Source: Felis catus
Lineage: Eukaryota
Assembly: GCF_018350175.1 (NCBI RefSeq)
Contig: NC_058368.1
Span: forward strand, 101,744,001-101,808,000
Length of the DNA stretch: 64,000 nucleotides
Direction of reading: 5' to 3'
In this document: positions 37,366 to 50,622 of the stretch, piece by piece
Layout of the letters: every line of letters starts with the position of its first letter
Numbering within the stretch: the first letter of the stretch is position 1
The notes under the pieces: model-generated
Databases searched by the model: none
Seen by the model: only the letters and a program-made list of their open reading frames with translations
What the model was told of the DNA's origin: nothing
Position numbers and translations under genes: made by a program

Positions 37366-37789
37366 ATCTTTATCCTCAATACAGTGTTTCCTGAATGCCT
37401 ATTTCAGAGGCGATTCTGTATTCGGGGTCGAGACATGAACGTTAGCAAGATCAGGTCCATGAGGCTTACGCACTTCCACTCCTCCTTCTGTCCCTTTAGT
37501 GGAGTTCCTTGTGACGGCGTGTGAGTATAGCACTTCTCGCACACATTGCACAGTATGATTACTGCATGCGTGCCATTTTAAGCTTTGCAAAGACAGCAGT
37601 CATTCACTTTACGTGATGATTTAAAAACGCACATAAGAGAGGGTGGGCGTATAATACGTATGCGGGACTTAGTATTTTTTTTCTTTCACATTGCGCCTGG
37701 CATGGGTCTTGCCCATAGGTGTTCAGGGATGTGTATATCATCCACTGTCTCTAAGTAATACTGCGTAACATTCAGCGAACAATTATTAT

Positions 37790-37970
37790 ATGCCAGAATC
37801 GAGTACCGCCTCGGGCCACTGTCCCAGTAACATGAGGAGACAGGTGCTTTTCTTCCTTTTGTACACGTGGGGGAAAACTCAACCCATTAAGACTTGGAGA
37901 GTTAAAACTTTGGGCCATAGTCTTACAGCTAGTACCTGGCAGAGTGAGCACTCCAACTCCTGTCTCTTTC
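37790..37970 (-). mobile_element. MIR fragment
   Basis: AAGACTTGGAGAGTTAAAACTTTGGGCCATAGTCTTACAGCTAGTACCTGGCAGAG. Confidence 0.55.
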
Positions 37971-39059
37971 ACAGCAAACACCTCCAAGCCACTACACTTG
38001 TATAAAATGCATGGGATTTTCTGCTTGAAAAAATGTTCAAAATACCTGTTTGGAATCCAGATCAATTGGCCGGGTTCAAAAGCCTTGAAAGCATGAGACA
38101 TGGCCTCTTATTCATGCAGTGGTGCTGCCCAGGCTAGAGAAGAAACTTAGCAACGTTCCGGGAGGCGGATAGGGCGAGCAGAAACTTGGAAGGCACTGCC
38201 GTAAGCTAGATAGCAGGAACAAATTGCCTGAGCTTTGTTCTTCCCACATCAGCCACAGATGTGAAGCAAATGACAAGAGTAAAAATTGCCAAAGCCTTTT
38301 CTAAAAAGTGTTGCAAATTCCATGGCTGGCAGCCAGGAAAGTGTAGCGTCCCCAGTTGTCACAAGTGCATAGCAGAACAAAGACTCTCAGGCTGCAGGGA
38401 AAGATGATAGGGTGGGAAATGAAGAGCTTATGAGGAAGCAAAATAGAAAAATCTAACCAAGGATAAATGGAGATAATAGGTCCTTGAAGGTTTCGGGAAG
38501 ACTTGTACAGAGTTGGAATGTGTACGTGCGGTGAAATAAGCTATTTGTAGAACTTGTGGCAAGTTTCTCTCCCTCCCCTTCAAGGAATAGGACAGGCTCA
38601 CGATCAAACCTCTGGTTGTTTTTTGGGAGAAGGAAGTGCATTCATAGGCAAATTGAGAAGACGGCCACAGAATCTCTTTCTGCCTTAGAGTGTAATGAAA
38701 ACAGTAAACATTTATTATAAAAGCAGTCATGAAAAAGGCAGATGTTTTTCGTCTTAATTTCCTGGTGGGTGTTATGCAGACCCCCTTAGCGTAGAACTGC
38801 TCCTCTGTGGCATGGTCCCTCCCCAGTCATCCCTTGTGGCCCGAGTGGGCACTGGAGATGTGGGGAAGACAGGAGGCTCATCAGCCCACTGTGCACTGTG
38901 GGAACAGCGGGGAGGGGATAGTTTCTGAACCTCGGTGACATCTGCACTTTGGATCCTTACTTCTGACATCTGAATACAAGTCATGAAAACACCTTTCCCA
39001 CTCCGTTTTTTGCCGAATGAAATGGGTAACAAATGTCCAGCCTCTGCCATTCTGATTCA

Positions 39060-39185
39060 CGTGTGCACTTTCCCCCTAATCTGAGAGCCCCGTGAAGGCA
39101 GAGACCGGGTCTTTCTAGTTCACTCCTGTGCCCCCAGGGCCTGGCACAAGACTGTGCTAAGTACATGTCGGATTGAATTAATGCC
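39060..39185 (+). mobile_element. L2 3' terminus
   Basis: GCCCCGTGAAGGCAGAGACCGGGTCTTTCTAGTTCACT..CCCAGGGCCTGGCACA..TTGAATTAAT. Confidence 0.7.
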
Positions 39186-39826
39186 TGTGTTGTGTATTCA
39201 GGAAGATGCAGAATCAGTTTTCTGTTTATTCTAAAGCAGCTTGTGTCGAGCAAATGCTTTTCCAAGAATACTAAATTTGCCCTTAAGTGACCTGAGAGAT
39301 CCCGGTGATAAGTTAAAATGACTAATCACATTTAATGACAGAAACGGGGGGTGGGGGGTGGGGGTGGTGTGGCAGAGAACTCCCTTCCGCCGACACTAGT
39401 CCTAGTGAATATATCTAGAGACCACTGTGTTAATCAAAAAGCACCTTCAGTGACCATCTACGTGAGGTCTTTGAAGGATGCCAGGCGGTAGGAACAAATC
39501 CTGTGAACATTGTTCTTCTTTGCATCTGTCCCGCGAAGAAAAGAAAGTAACATACTGAAATTTGCTAGGCTTTGCTCAAAACCGTTGCTGTTTGGGTAAC
39601 TGCCAGTCTAGTTTCAGCTTCCAGACACCTCTTCCAAAGATCCTTCCTCGGCATGAGTGATAAATACAATAGAGAGGCAGATGAGATTCACTGAGGGCTA
39701 CGGTAGCACATTTGAGAGCTGGGTGGTGGGGACAGGGAGTACCAGGCAAGTAACAATGTCTTAGTAGAGCCTGGCAGCTAGGTCAGTTAACTTGTCCATG
39801 TGATTCTGTTAGAAGTTAGGTGAAGA

Positions 39827-40011
39827 GGGGCACCTGTGTGGCTCAGTTGGTTAAGCATCTGATTCTTGATCTCGACTCAGGTCATGATCTTGAGGTTCCT
39901 GAGTTCGAGCCCCACGCTGGGCTCTGTGCTGACAGCATGGAGCCTGACTGGGATTCTCTTTCTGCCCCTCCCCCACTTGATCTTTCTCAAAAGTAAACAT
40001 TAAAAAAAAAA
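39827..40011 (+). mobile_element. CAN-SINE
   Basis: GGGGCACCTGTGTGGCTCAGTTGGTTAAGC..GAGTTCGAGCCC..CT tract, poly(A). Confidence 0.95.
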
Positions 40012-40774
40012 TTCCAGGAATGAAACTATAGTTCTTCACCAATGATGCAGCACTAAAACTTTTTGGGAGTAAGTTACTCCACAAAACTCATACTCTTTCT
40101 GCTGTACCAGCATTTTTCAATGTTTTTGTTTGTTTTATTCGGGTCTATTCCTTTCACCAGATTAAATACTTATGAGCCTACTAAGGATTATGGTAATCAT
40201 ACTTTCTTCTTTTGCATAATTATTAAAAACATTCTAAGCTATTTTACTACGTGAATATATTAATGGTCATAATATAGTGTTAATCTCATAATCTTTAACT
40301 ATATTTAAAAGGTATAATAACTGTTGATTTAATAAATACTGCACACTAATTTACTACCAAAGGCTAGAAGAAAAATCACAATTTTGTCATAAATTTCTAA
40401 GTATTAGACCGATTTTTAGAGATTGCAATCATAATAAAATACAGATTTTGTTTAATTATGGATTATGACAAACAGTGGGCCAAAACCATCTTCATTTAAT
40501 ATTCCAACATTTTCCCTTTTCCACTTAAGAATCAATTAATGTTGATAATTTTCAAGTTTTATTTATAAAGCACAGAAGAAGCTGGAAGGTATTAGGCTGC
40601 TGTTTGTAATCATTTACCCGTAAGTATGATATTCCAGATGCTGGGAGTCTGAATTTCAGTTATAATTGTCACAGTACTGTCTCTTTTTAATGTTTTCTTT
40701 ATTATCAGAAACTTGTTGCTGGCCTGTATTATTCATCTGACCCACAGAGCTGATGGGGAGTCTCTGACGGAACA

Positions 40775-41115
40775 TGTCGTTGTCAGCTTTGGTTGCCGTG
40801 ACAAAATACCACAGACCAGATGGCTTAAACACACAGGGATTTATTTGTCAGGGTTCTAGAGGCTGGAAGTCCAAGACCAAGGTGCCCGCAGACTGTCCCA
40901 GGTAAGGACCTCCATCCTGTGTCTTCACATGGTAGAGAGAAAAAGCTCTGTTCTCTCTTTCTTCTTGTAAAGACATTAACGCCATCATGGGGGGAGGGTC
41001 CCTATCTAAACCTAAATACTGCCCTGAATAGGTTCTGTCTCCACCTATCCTCACATTGGGGGTTAGGGCTTCAACCTACGGATTTGGGAGGAATACAAAT
41101 CCTTGGTCCATAAGA
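40775..41115 (-). mobile_element. MaLR solo LTR (MLT1A-like)
   Basis: ACAAAATACCACAGAC..GGCTGGAAGTCCAAGACCAAGGTG..CACATTGGGGGTTAGGGCTTCAAC. Confidence 0.85.
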
Positions 41116-41139
41116 ATAGTGTTCTAGAAGTGCTTTGGC

Positions 41140-41700
41140 CTACACAAGAGGGCCCCCACCTCACTCTTGGGGACTTGTTCTGGCTTTCCTCCTCCTGGGG
41201 TGAGGATCTGCAGGGCCCAGAGGACATGCATCCTCAGAGCCCACACCATCCCTTCCAGGTGCTACTGAGGCTCAGGACCCAGAACTGCCTGTCCAAACAG
41301 CCTGTTCATGGGATGGCACAGCCCTTTCCTTAGGGACCCTGCTCCTGACTGCGGGCTATACTGCCAGAGTAGAATCTCTGCTCAAGAGATGGCCATTGTG
41401 ATTGCAGGGGAAGAACTGGCTGGAACTTGAAGTACTAGCTGGGAAGCCCTAGGCATGAATACAAGATAGAACCGAGGACAGAGAGAAGGGAGGATTGTGG
41501 AGAGCCGGCTCCAGGCCCCCATGTTTCAGAGCAAACTCTGAAAAGGACAAGAATTCTACATGCAAGCCCCGCCTTCCAGGTGATTAAGGAGATGGGCGTG
41601 TCGAGATGGGAGGATAGACATTTTATTTCAGATGGTTGGGGTGGCAGGTGTGTTTTTCGATATCAGTAATTTGGATGCATCTTGTCTAACCATAAAGGGA
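41140..41700. mobile_element. Possible ancient hAT (Arthur/Tip100-like) fragment
   Basis: GCCTTCCAGGTGATTAAGG..GGAGGATAGACATTTTATTT resembles my recollection of Arthur1; weak. Confidence 0.3.
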
Positions 41701-41869
41701 CTACTGGCCAAAACCATCTTGGTAGCTGGCACTGTTGAGCTGAGTAATAGGCCACCCGAGTCCGGAGTTTGCTCTTTGCTACTGGCCATACAGATTTAAC
41801 TTGAGCATTGACGACTGCTTCCTGTGGAGAGGAAAATACATATAGGATAATAATTTGATTAATTAAAAA

Positions 41870-42570
41870 AAGCCTTCTTTCATTCTTACTGTCCCTTGTG
41901 TTCCCCTCATAGGCTGCCCCTCTGTTGTCCTTGTCATTGGAACATCATTTGGCACTCCTGGGAAGTGAGTAGTGTTGTTCTCTATGTCTATTTTTAAAAA
42001 CTTTGTCACTTAATGTTGTTTTTAGGCTCTATTAATATTGCTCTAGGGATCAAGTTTATTGCTTCTAACTCCTGCCCATTGTCCATGGAACACATATATC
42101 TTCTTTTTCTTACCTATCCCCCTCATTGTGGGCACCCGGATGGCTGCCCAATCTCTATGATGACAAACAAAATACGACCATAATGAACACGTTCTTCGTG
42201 ATGCTTACCAGGCTGAGAATTTCTCTGAGGTATTTCCCCAGGAGTGATATTGTTGACAGAGCTTAAGCTCACTTATTTCATCAAATACAGGTGGACTGCT
42301 TTCTAGAACTGCTGTACTGATTTTATTTTTAAAACACAATTTTTGAGAGGGAGACCACACATATGTGAGAGTAGGGGAGGGGCCAAGAGAGAAGGACTGA
42401 GACAACCTCATCCCAAGTCAGACACTTAACCGACGGAGCCACCCAGGCACCCCTGCTTTACCGATTTTTAACTTCGAGGAGCTGTTGACCTGAGTCCTTA
42501 TCTCACCAACACTTGGTAATACCCGGTTTTCAAAACCTGGCCATTCTCATGAAATCAAGTGGTCTCTATA
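41870..42570 (-). mobile_element. Very old L1M 3' fragment
   Basis: Degenerate L1 antisense blocks (TTTCTAGAACTGCTGTACTGATTT..CTCACCAACACTTGGTAAT..GCCATTCT). Confidence 0.6.
42325..42453 (-). mobile_element. Internally deleted CAN-SINE
   Basis: Head and tail present, middle missing; degenerate 15-bp TSD at 42310-42324 and 42454-42468. Confidence 0.85.
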
Positions 42571-42978
42571 CTGTGTTTTACTCCCATTGGGGACATGAAC
42601 AAAGAATCCCAGTTTCCTTTTCGAACCTTATGTTGTGGGGCTAATGTCTTTTCTTACATAGTCTCGTTCTCCGTGGAGACCGTAAAGCCTTTGGTTCACT
42701 AATGTTTTTAGGTTTAAATGGCTGCTCCACGCCAGGTGTAAACAAGGTAACGGTGCGGTCTAATAATGGGAAGTGCGGACCAGGGTGGTGCTGGTGACGT
42801 GTGTGTAATTCACAAAAAGGGCACTGAGCTCTCAATATTCACCGTTTCTTCTTTTCCCCTTTTGACTTGATCCCTTTGCTTTTTGTATTTTCCTTAACAC
42901 CGATTTAAAGAAATATCCATGTTACTGGATGTACACATTCACCCTACTAATGTTTTCATTTTTACCTGATTTTTTAAG

Positions 42979-43066
42979 GGCTTACTGAGCTTTGCCACAA
43001 GCAGAGTCCACAGCTTCATTCCTCAGGGAGAGCTGGAGCTACTGTGTAAGAGGAAGCAGAGAAAAG
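42979..43066 (+). other. Candidate 88-nt internal exon (host transcript unknown)
   Basis: Branch-point-like TACTAAT at 42945, polypyrimidine tract ending TTTTTAAG, donor AAG/GTAAGT at 43066/43067. Confidence 0.35.
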
Positions 43067-43206
43067 GTAAGTCGTGGCACAATTCTCACACAATTGGCTT
43101 TAAAGGGAACACAGTTCTGTACCATTAATGGAAACAATGTGCCTAGATCCTAGTCATTTACTTCTTACAGACAGGTAAGTGCTCAGATATAAAAAGCCCG
43201 ATCAGT

Positions 43207-43362
43207 GGGTGCCTGGGTGGCTCAGTGGGTTAAGCCCTGATTTTGGCTCAGGTCATGATCTCAGGGTTCGTGGGTTTGAAGCCCGTGTTGGGCTCTGTGC
43301 TGACAGTGCGGACCCTGCTTGGGATTCTCCCTGTCTCGAAATAAATAAACTTACAAAGAAAT
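43207..43362 (+). mobile_element. CAN-SINE (short CT tract)
   Basis: GGGTGCCTGGGTGGCTCAGTGGGTTAAGC..GGCTCAGGTCATGATCTC..AATAAATAAAC. Confidence 0.92.
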
Positions 43363-45819
43363 AAAAGCATAATCAGCATGATGGCTCCCCAGTAAGAACT
43401 TCAAATTTTCATTAGCATCTTTCCACGCCATTTGAGGGGAGAAGGCCCCAGCATGTTCTCCAGGAAAAGGTTTGATGTGGAGTCAGAGAACTTGATGATA
43501 CGGCCAAATTGTACACATATGTTTATGTACGGTCAACTCTGTTTTTTTCTGGTTTTATGTACATACCATGGGCTTTTAACTGGGTTAATAAATATGCCTG
43601 GCTTTCTTTTGTGCTCTCTGCCTTTTATGCTACTGTTTAGACAGTTGACTTTCCAGCTGTTTGTCTCCCAGAAGCAGGGCAGAGGCCTGAGGGTGGGTCA
43701 AGAAAAGAGAGTTCAGCATTCTGGTAGGTCAGTGACCAATATGTCGGCAGGTATGATTTTTTTTTTAGGACTGTGCCCTGCAAGAACCCCAGCTGGGGAT
43801 AATCAGGAGTTTGTAGAAGAATTCTTTTAAAAATGTGAAACTGTCCTGGTAGAATGAAATTTGATCTCTGGATGTTGACAGAGCTACTTGACCTTGAGAA
43901 ATAGGTTCATTATATTGAAAGTATTGTCTCCATCTCTTGCTACTTAAAACTCTATCTTGTTACGATTGACGCCAACATCCGTTTCCCGGTGGCCTCTCTT
44001 TTGGGCATTCCAGAACTCCAGGGAGGAGAGCTTCATTGTAGGACAGAGGGGGACTCTTGGTCCTCATAAATGCACACCAAAGAGCCATGCGAAGGATGCT
44101 CAAAGGGATCTGCATGCCAGGATTTGGAATCTCACCTGTGCTGAGGGAGTCTGTCACACGGACTCACGTGGGAGGTGACCTGCTACTTTCCTATTGCTCA
44201 ATGATAGTTTTCCACTAATAGATAGCCCCTTTTGGCCATTATGGTAACATGGAAGGGGATGGCAAAATCTAGCAAGAGAAGAACTATTCTTTCAGGCAGG
44301 TAAGAAACATCATCAATTATGGATCATATCTTACTGGGTTAAGTACATTGTTTGGATAGTCTCAGGAAACCTCATTTCAATTAATAGGGCTTTAAGATTA
44401 GTGTGAAGAAGTTACTTTTTAAATGAAAATCTTCATGGCCTGCTAATTTTCGACAGTAACACCCACTTCTTTCTTACCCGTCCTGGTTGTTCTTGTAATT
44501 TATCATTGTGCCTATCACACGGTGGGAGAAAATAGGTCTCAAGCTTCAGCAAGTACCTATTTAAAGTTCTGCTCATTAATAAGCACTTCTAGGAAGCAAA
44601 AAATAACCCGAAGAAGCAAAAAGGATCATCTGTATAGAATCTTAGGTCCATTTTTAGATCGTCAGTGAATTTATTTTCACACTGACTATAAAAGAAAAAA
44701 AGATGTTTCTTTCTGTTGGTAAATGAGAATTGCTTGGGGGTCTGAATGAAGGAGACAGGGCTTGGCTTATGTTGCCTGAGGGGACACGAACTCAGGGTAA
44801 CGGGCAGGCTTCCTCCTGTGCTCTGCCCTGCCTCCATCTTGCTATGTTTCGGGAAATGTAGCAATTCCATTTTTCCTTTAATATGAATGTGTTGATCGGG
44901 CATTTCCTTGAGGGGAGGACAAGACAGGAAGCCTAGAGTGAACCATAGAGCGTAACTGACACGACCTCCTGCGCCCACTTGTTTCTTCTGCTTCTTGCCC
45001 AAGGTTTGCACGGTGGTGGCCGAAATGGACTCAAGTCCTGGATTCCGGTGTGGATTCCCATCTAATCCGTTCCATCTTCTACAAGATGAGAAGCATCATC
45101 ACCTCCCAGTGTGAGTCAATCCAGCCCAACGTGATGGAAGGTAATAGTACTCCTATTAGTTAAGTCCACAAAAATATCCCTCTTACAGTCATTCCCAAGG
45201 GAAAATGTAGTATGTTCAGCCCAATACTATGGAACATTCCTTATTGTTGAGGCTGTGTGACAAGCCAGCCCTGCGCCCCCTTAGTGGAGCTCTGATGTAT
45301 CTGCTTTGGTGTCTGACAGGGTAGAGAACTTGGTGGTTATGGCTACACTGTGGTAAGACACAGTTCCTGGCCCACATGAACCTGGGTGTGCTATTAGCTA
45401 CAGACAGATAAGACAACACATTCTTTCATTTGAAACAAACTGAAATGGAGAAAAATTCTGATGAAATTCTAGGCACAAAGGAGGAAGCTGGTCTTTTCTC
45501 CATCTCGCGGGAATTTCTAAAGTGTATCCAGAATTCAGGGGACCTGAAGTCCAGCTGACTTTGAGCTGGGGTTGTGAACATACGGTGTGCTTCCAGAAAG
45601 GCAGTAGTATCTTCTTAATAGAAAGGTTTGTTTACTTTTCTAAGCATTTCATTAATAGTGCGGTAACTCGTACTGTGGATTTGGGAAAATCATTCTTATG
45701 ACTATTTGATATAACTAGAAGTGGTTAGCAGGAATTAGGTTTCCTAAAATACTGATTTTCCTGCAGTTAATGAAACATTTATATGCTAACACCTGCATCA
45801 AATTAAAGGCTGGCATGTC

Positions 45820-46135
45820 TTTGTCTATCCAGTGTGGTCCCAGACCACCACCTGGGAGCTTGTTAGAAATGCTGATTTACAGGCCCTCCCCAATCCTACT
45901 GGTCAGAATCCATATATTTTTTAAAGGTTTATTTTATTTCTGAGGGGGGGGGGTGGGTACAAGACCTCTTCTGACAGCAGGAAGCCCAACGCGGGGCTTG
46001 AACTCAAGAACAGCGAGATTATGACCTGAGCCGAAGTTGGATACTCAACCAACTGAGCCACCCAGGCATCCTAGAATCCAGATTTTAACAAGATGTCTGA
46101 TGGTGATCTGTCCACTGAAGTGCAAGAACACTGGC
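45820..46135. mobile_element. MER5A-like fossil interrupted by a SINE
   Basis: AGTGTGGTCCCAGACCA..CACCTGGGAGCTTGTTAGAAATGC..AGAATC then TTTTAACAAGAT..AGAACACTG. Confidence 0.8.
45915..46071 (-). mobile_element. CAN-SINE nested in MER5A
   Basis: SINE head intact, shortened 3' part; AGAATCCA duplicated at 45905 and 46073. Confidence 0.9.
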
Positions 46136-46262
46136 CCAGTAGACTTCACCCTCAGTTTGAAAAAGAGATGGAGAAGGCAAGAATTACTTTGGTGCTCTTG
46201 TCACAGAGGAATAATGAGAATCAGCAAAGCAGCTTAACTAGCGACTTGCTCATCTGGGTAGA

Positions 46263-46545
46263 CCAGCACTAGCCAAAAGAAATAATGAGAGCTACATGTG
46301 TAGTGGAAAATTTACACTCAGCACATTAAACCGGGAAGAGGAAAGGATAAAATTAATAATACATCCAAAATGTTAGCATCTCAGAAGGTAATCAACATGA
46401 AAAAAAAACTGAGGTACTAGAGTACCTCATGGTTTTTCATGATAAACCTTATGTGCGTATTACAGTCACAGCAGTTTGTACTAGCCTGATGTCAAGCGCT
46501 CAGCAGCCATATGTGGCCAGTGGCTACCATATTGACAGTGAGGAT
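46263..46545. mobile_element. MER33/MER3-like hAT-Charlie fossil
   Basis: TCAAGCGCTCAGCAGCCATATGTGGCCAGTGGCTACCATATTGACAGTG terminus. Confidence 0.75.
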
Positions 46546-47779
46546 GTATCGTATCCATCGTAGTGCAGAGGGTACTGAATTGCCTAGTAAAGGGGACAGA
46601 ATCAGGCTTCCCAGCCTGCATGCTGGAGATGAACACATGGATAAAATGACAACTAGACATAAAGCATCAGAAGCATAGAATGTTCTGTCAATTGACAGCT
46701 ACCATTATTCAAAGGAAGGTAATGGGAAGTTACAGGATATATGTATATACACACATTATATCTATATCTAAATCTATACCTGTAACTATATCTATATCTA
46801 TATATCTACAAACACTTTTCCTGAACACTTGGAGAGTAATTCATAGACCCAAGCAGCTGTGTCCCTGAATATATTAGGAGGTATTTCCTGAAAACATTTT
46901 CTCACCTAATTTTCACTTCAGGATTCAGTCACATTCAGTTATTATGCTCCTATGGCTTTCTGAAACCTAGAAAATTTTCTCAGGCTTTTCTTTGGAAAAG
47001 AGTGAGTGAAAGGAGCTTGACATTTTCTAGAGAGAGAACAGTTACATTTTGAGATATACCCCCTACCTTGGTGTGTCCTCATGATTACCTTTGGGTTATC
47101 TATTTGGGAAGGTAAGCCAAATAATTGGTAATGAAGGTACCAGTAAATAGTGGGACTCCAGTACCACCACAAGGACTGACGGGATCTTCCTGTCCTTGGA
47201 TCTCTTACAGGTGTTTCCATTGCCTGGACTTAAGAAGAGGAAAAGCGAGGCAATGCAAGTAAGTTAGTCCTGAGCAGTCAGCCTCCTGGACCAGAGAGAA
47301 CAGAACAATAGCACATAGACTGGATGTTGGTGGGATGCAGGAAAACAGGAAAGCACTACCAACCACGGAAAGAAAGCAGGGTGAGCTCTCCAAGCCCAGG
47401 GAGCAGAATTTGCCAAAGCACTGCGGTATCAAAGGACAAAAAGTATTGAGGAGCATTGTGGACTGTATGTAGTCAGTGAGGCTAAGAAGCCAGACGGCTG
47501 AGCCCATTTTGTTAAGCATTAGGTATCAAACTAAGGACTTGGAAATTGATGCCATGGACAAACATTTTTGAGGGGAGTTACACGATCCAATTCATGTTTG
47601 AGAAAATAGCTATTAGTGGCAAGGGAGGAGAAATGCAAAAGCAGTGGAAGTCAGGGGTTTAGTGCAACAGTTGAGGGCAGATGTAGAGAAACGGAGACAA
47701 AGGAGGCATTTGGGACACTTAAAACTTAGAGGGAAGGGTCTAAGATGCTTGAGGTTTAATTAATAATTAGTATTATTGA

Positions 47780-47960
47780 TAATGGCAGCTGACAGACAGT
47801 GGGTCCCTACTCTCTGACACTAGATTAGAGACCTCATCAATCTCCAGAAGCAGGTGTTATTATCACCGTGGTAATTATAAGAAACGAAAATGTTTCAGTG
47901 GATGATAATACCATGAATCCACGTCGAATGTCTGAAGTTGCCAGTGTGGCACAGAATGGA
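47780..47960 (-). mobile_element. MIR fragment
   Basis: CAGGTGTTATTATCACCG..TATAAGAAACGAAAATGTTTCAG, degenerate MIR core. Confidence 0.4.
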
Positions 47961-48614
47961 TCTTCACCAGTACGCCATTAGAAAAGGGGAGAGGGAGGCT
48001 TTGGAGACGGATGCGGACGGGTGCTGGGCACTTGGGACACATCACATTGTTGATGAAACAGCTGCAATCATAGTATATGTGACACTGACTAGGATAAATC
48101 CTGAATAGGAACAAATACTACCGTGTGTTAAGCAATGTTAAAGGAAATGTCAGAGATGTTAAATGGAAAGAAGAATACTGTATGTAGCCATATTTGGTGT
48201 TGGTATAATTGGCCTATCCGAATTTCCTCTCATGATAATTCTGACTTTCCAGCTGGCCCAGATTTGTCAAGGACACACAGTTTATTACCTTGAAAATAGG
48301 ATTTCTGGTTCAACATGGTTACAAGATCCTGAACTCACCTCCTCCCAAGGACATGAACCTACAACCACCTAAGGAATAGTTTGCTCTAAAAAAGACCTAA
48401 ACACTAGCTAAGTAGCCCCTACACGTGAGGCAAAGAAGAAAAAAACCCACATGGAAGTAGGTAGGAGACCCTGAGACTACTTGGCTGTGGGAGCCACTAT
48501 CAGAAGGAAATTCAGCATCCACAGCTTTTTCCTGAGGAGCTCAGGGTTTTAAATTGCCCATCAAGCACCCCAACTCTTGAGACTAGCACCCAACTTTAAA
48601 AACCACTGGGGTTT

Positions 48615-48811
48615 GGGTACCTGGGTGGCTCAGTTGGTTAAGTGTCCGTCTTCGGCTCAGGTCACCAATGCCCGGTTCCTGACATGGAGCCTTGTGTTGG
48701 GTTCTGTGCTCAGAGCCTGGAGCCTTCTTCAGATTCTCCCTCTCTCTGCTCCTCCCGTGTTTGCACTCTATCAATCTCAATTTCTCTAAAAAATAAAGAT
48801 TAAAAAAAAAA
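48615..48811 (+). mobile_element. CAN-SINE nested in L1 5'UTR
   Basis: GGGTACCTGGGTGGCTCAGTTGGTTAAGTGTCCG..CT tract, poly(A). Confidence 0.93.
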
Positions 48812-50622
48812 CTGATGAAGCTTACATCCGCTAAGTCCCTAAGGCTACAGAAGTAGTTCTTCAAGGGCTCCGGGGCCAGCATTCACCTGCCCCAGGACCT
48901 GTGAGGAAAGAGGCTCATGTGCTTATTTTAAAGCACCATTTTCATGCTCTATGGCTGCTTTGATTCTGTAGCACCAGGATCTACCCCCGGGAGAACTTTT
49001 ACATGCATCTGGTACCCCATTTTTTTATGTCTGGTGCCTTAATTTTTTGTGGCTCCCAGCCAGGAGGTACCCAGCTCTGCTGGACGGGGGTTTCCTAAGT
49101 CCCACAGGACTAAAATAATCAAAGGAAGTTCTTGGCCGGCTATAACCCGTAGGGTACTGCATCAAGAGACTGAAACACACCCTTTTCATGTGAAAGAGTC
49201 CGATTTATCATGCAGCTTTGGCCTGAGGGTCAGGTTTGGCGCACATCTATGGATCTACACAGGCATTCTCAGGTACCACAGGCCAGTGGATACCAGCTAT
49301 GCACCGTCCCTTAGCCGGGCTCTGGCTTATGGGTATCTCCCAGAAAACTTCTCGACTCGTCTGGTGCCTCAATTTTTGCAAATTCCACCCAAGGGACACC
49401 TCTAGGTGACTAGCAGGGCTTATGCCCCAGAAGACTGTATATAGTTGCATAATTTGGAAGCTGACACTCAGGCAGCAGCTTTTAATCAGCCCCAGGCCAG
49501 GAGCTGAGATCCTCCACCTGCACGTAATGACAGGCTGTGGCACATCCTCAACTCCTGATAGTGACTAAAAATAAAATGAGCTGTTTGGAAAATCCCAACG
49601 GTTTGAGAGACCATAAAGAACTAGAGAAAGATGAGGTTCATCTCCTACCGGAGGCCACTCCTTCAACAGTGGGACAAGCGGCTGTTAAATAGGAGTCACT
49701 GAGCTGAAGAACACCAAACTGAAATGAAGATGATCCTAGAGGGATGCCATGCAGATTAAATGAAGCAGAAGAAAAAGTCAGTGAACTAAAAGACAAGGCA
49801 GTGGAATGCCCCCAATCAGAACGGCCAAAAGGAAAAGAAAAAACAACAAATAAAAGTAAAAACAGCTTAAGGAACTGAAGGAACAACGCAAGCATACCCA
49901 CACTCAACATTCCCATTACAGGACTCCCAGGATGAGGAGCGAAAAAGAAGGAGGCAGAAGACTTATCTGAAAAAAGAATGTCTGAAAACACCCCAACTTC
50001 AGGAAGGAAAAGGACATCTGATCCAGGAAGCCCAGAGAGTTTCAAATAAGATGAACCCGAAGATAAGGAGGGAATCTTAAAAGTGCCAATAGAAAAATCT
50101 TGCTAAGATCTGTGAACCCACAAAAGACTCTCAGATCTTTGCAGGCCAGAAATGAGTGGCAGGATATCTTACAAGTGCTAAATAAAAAATCTTTCAACCA
50201 AGAACACTGTTATCAGACAAAGGTGTCATCAGAATTGAAGGACAGAGAGAGTTACCAGATGCTAGGAGTTAGGCAGATGCTAAAGGCCTTCATTACCACT
50301 AAACAAACCTATAAGACATGTTAAAAGGACTTCTACAAGCTTGAAAGAAATGGCACTAATTAGTAACAACGAGACATATTAAAGCATAAATCATACTATT
50401 AAAGGGAAAGAGATAACAAAGGTGGTGGATCATGTATATCATTTTAAAAATCACTTACAAGCAAGTATCAACATTAGAGGACAAAAGTTGAAAAAATACA
50501 GTATGTGGATGGGCGAGAGCAAAATTTTAAGAGTTTAAGAATGCAATGAAACTTCAGTCATTATCAGCTTAAAATAGATTGCACTTACAATGAGGCTTAC
50601 ATAAAACTTACAATTAAGTATA

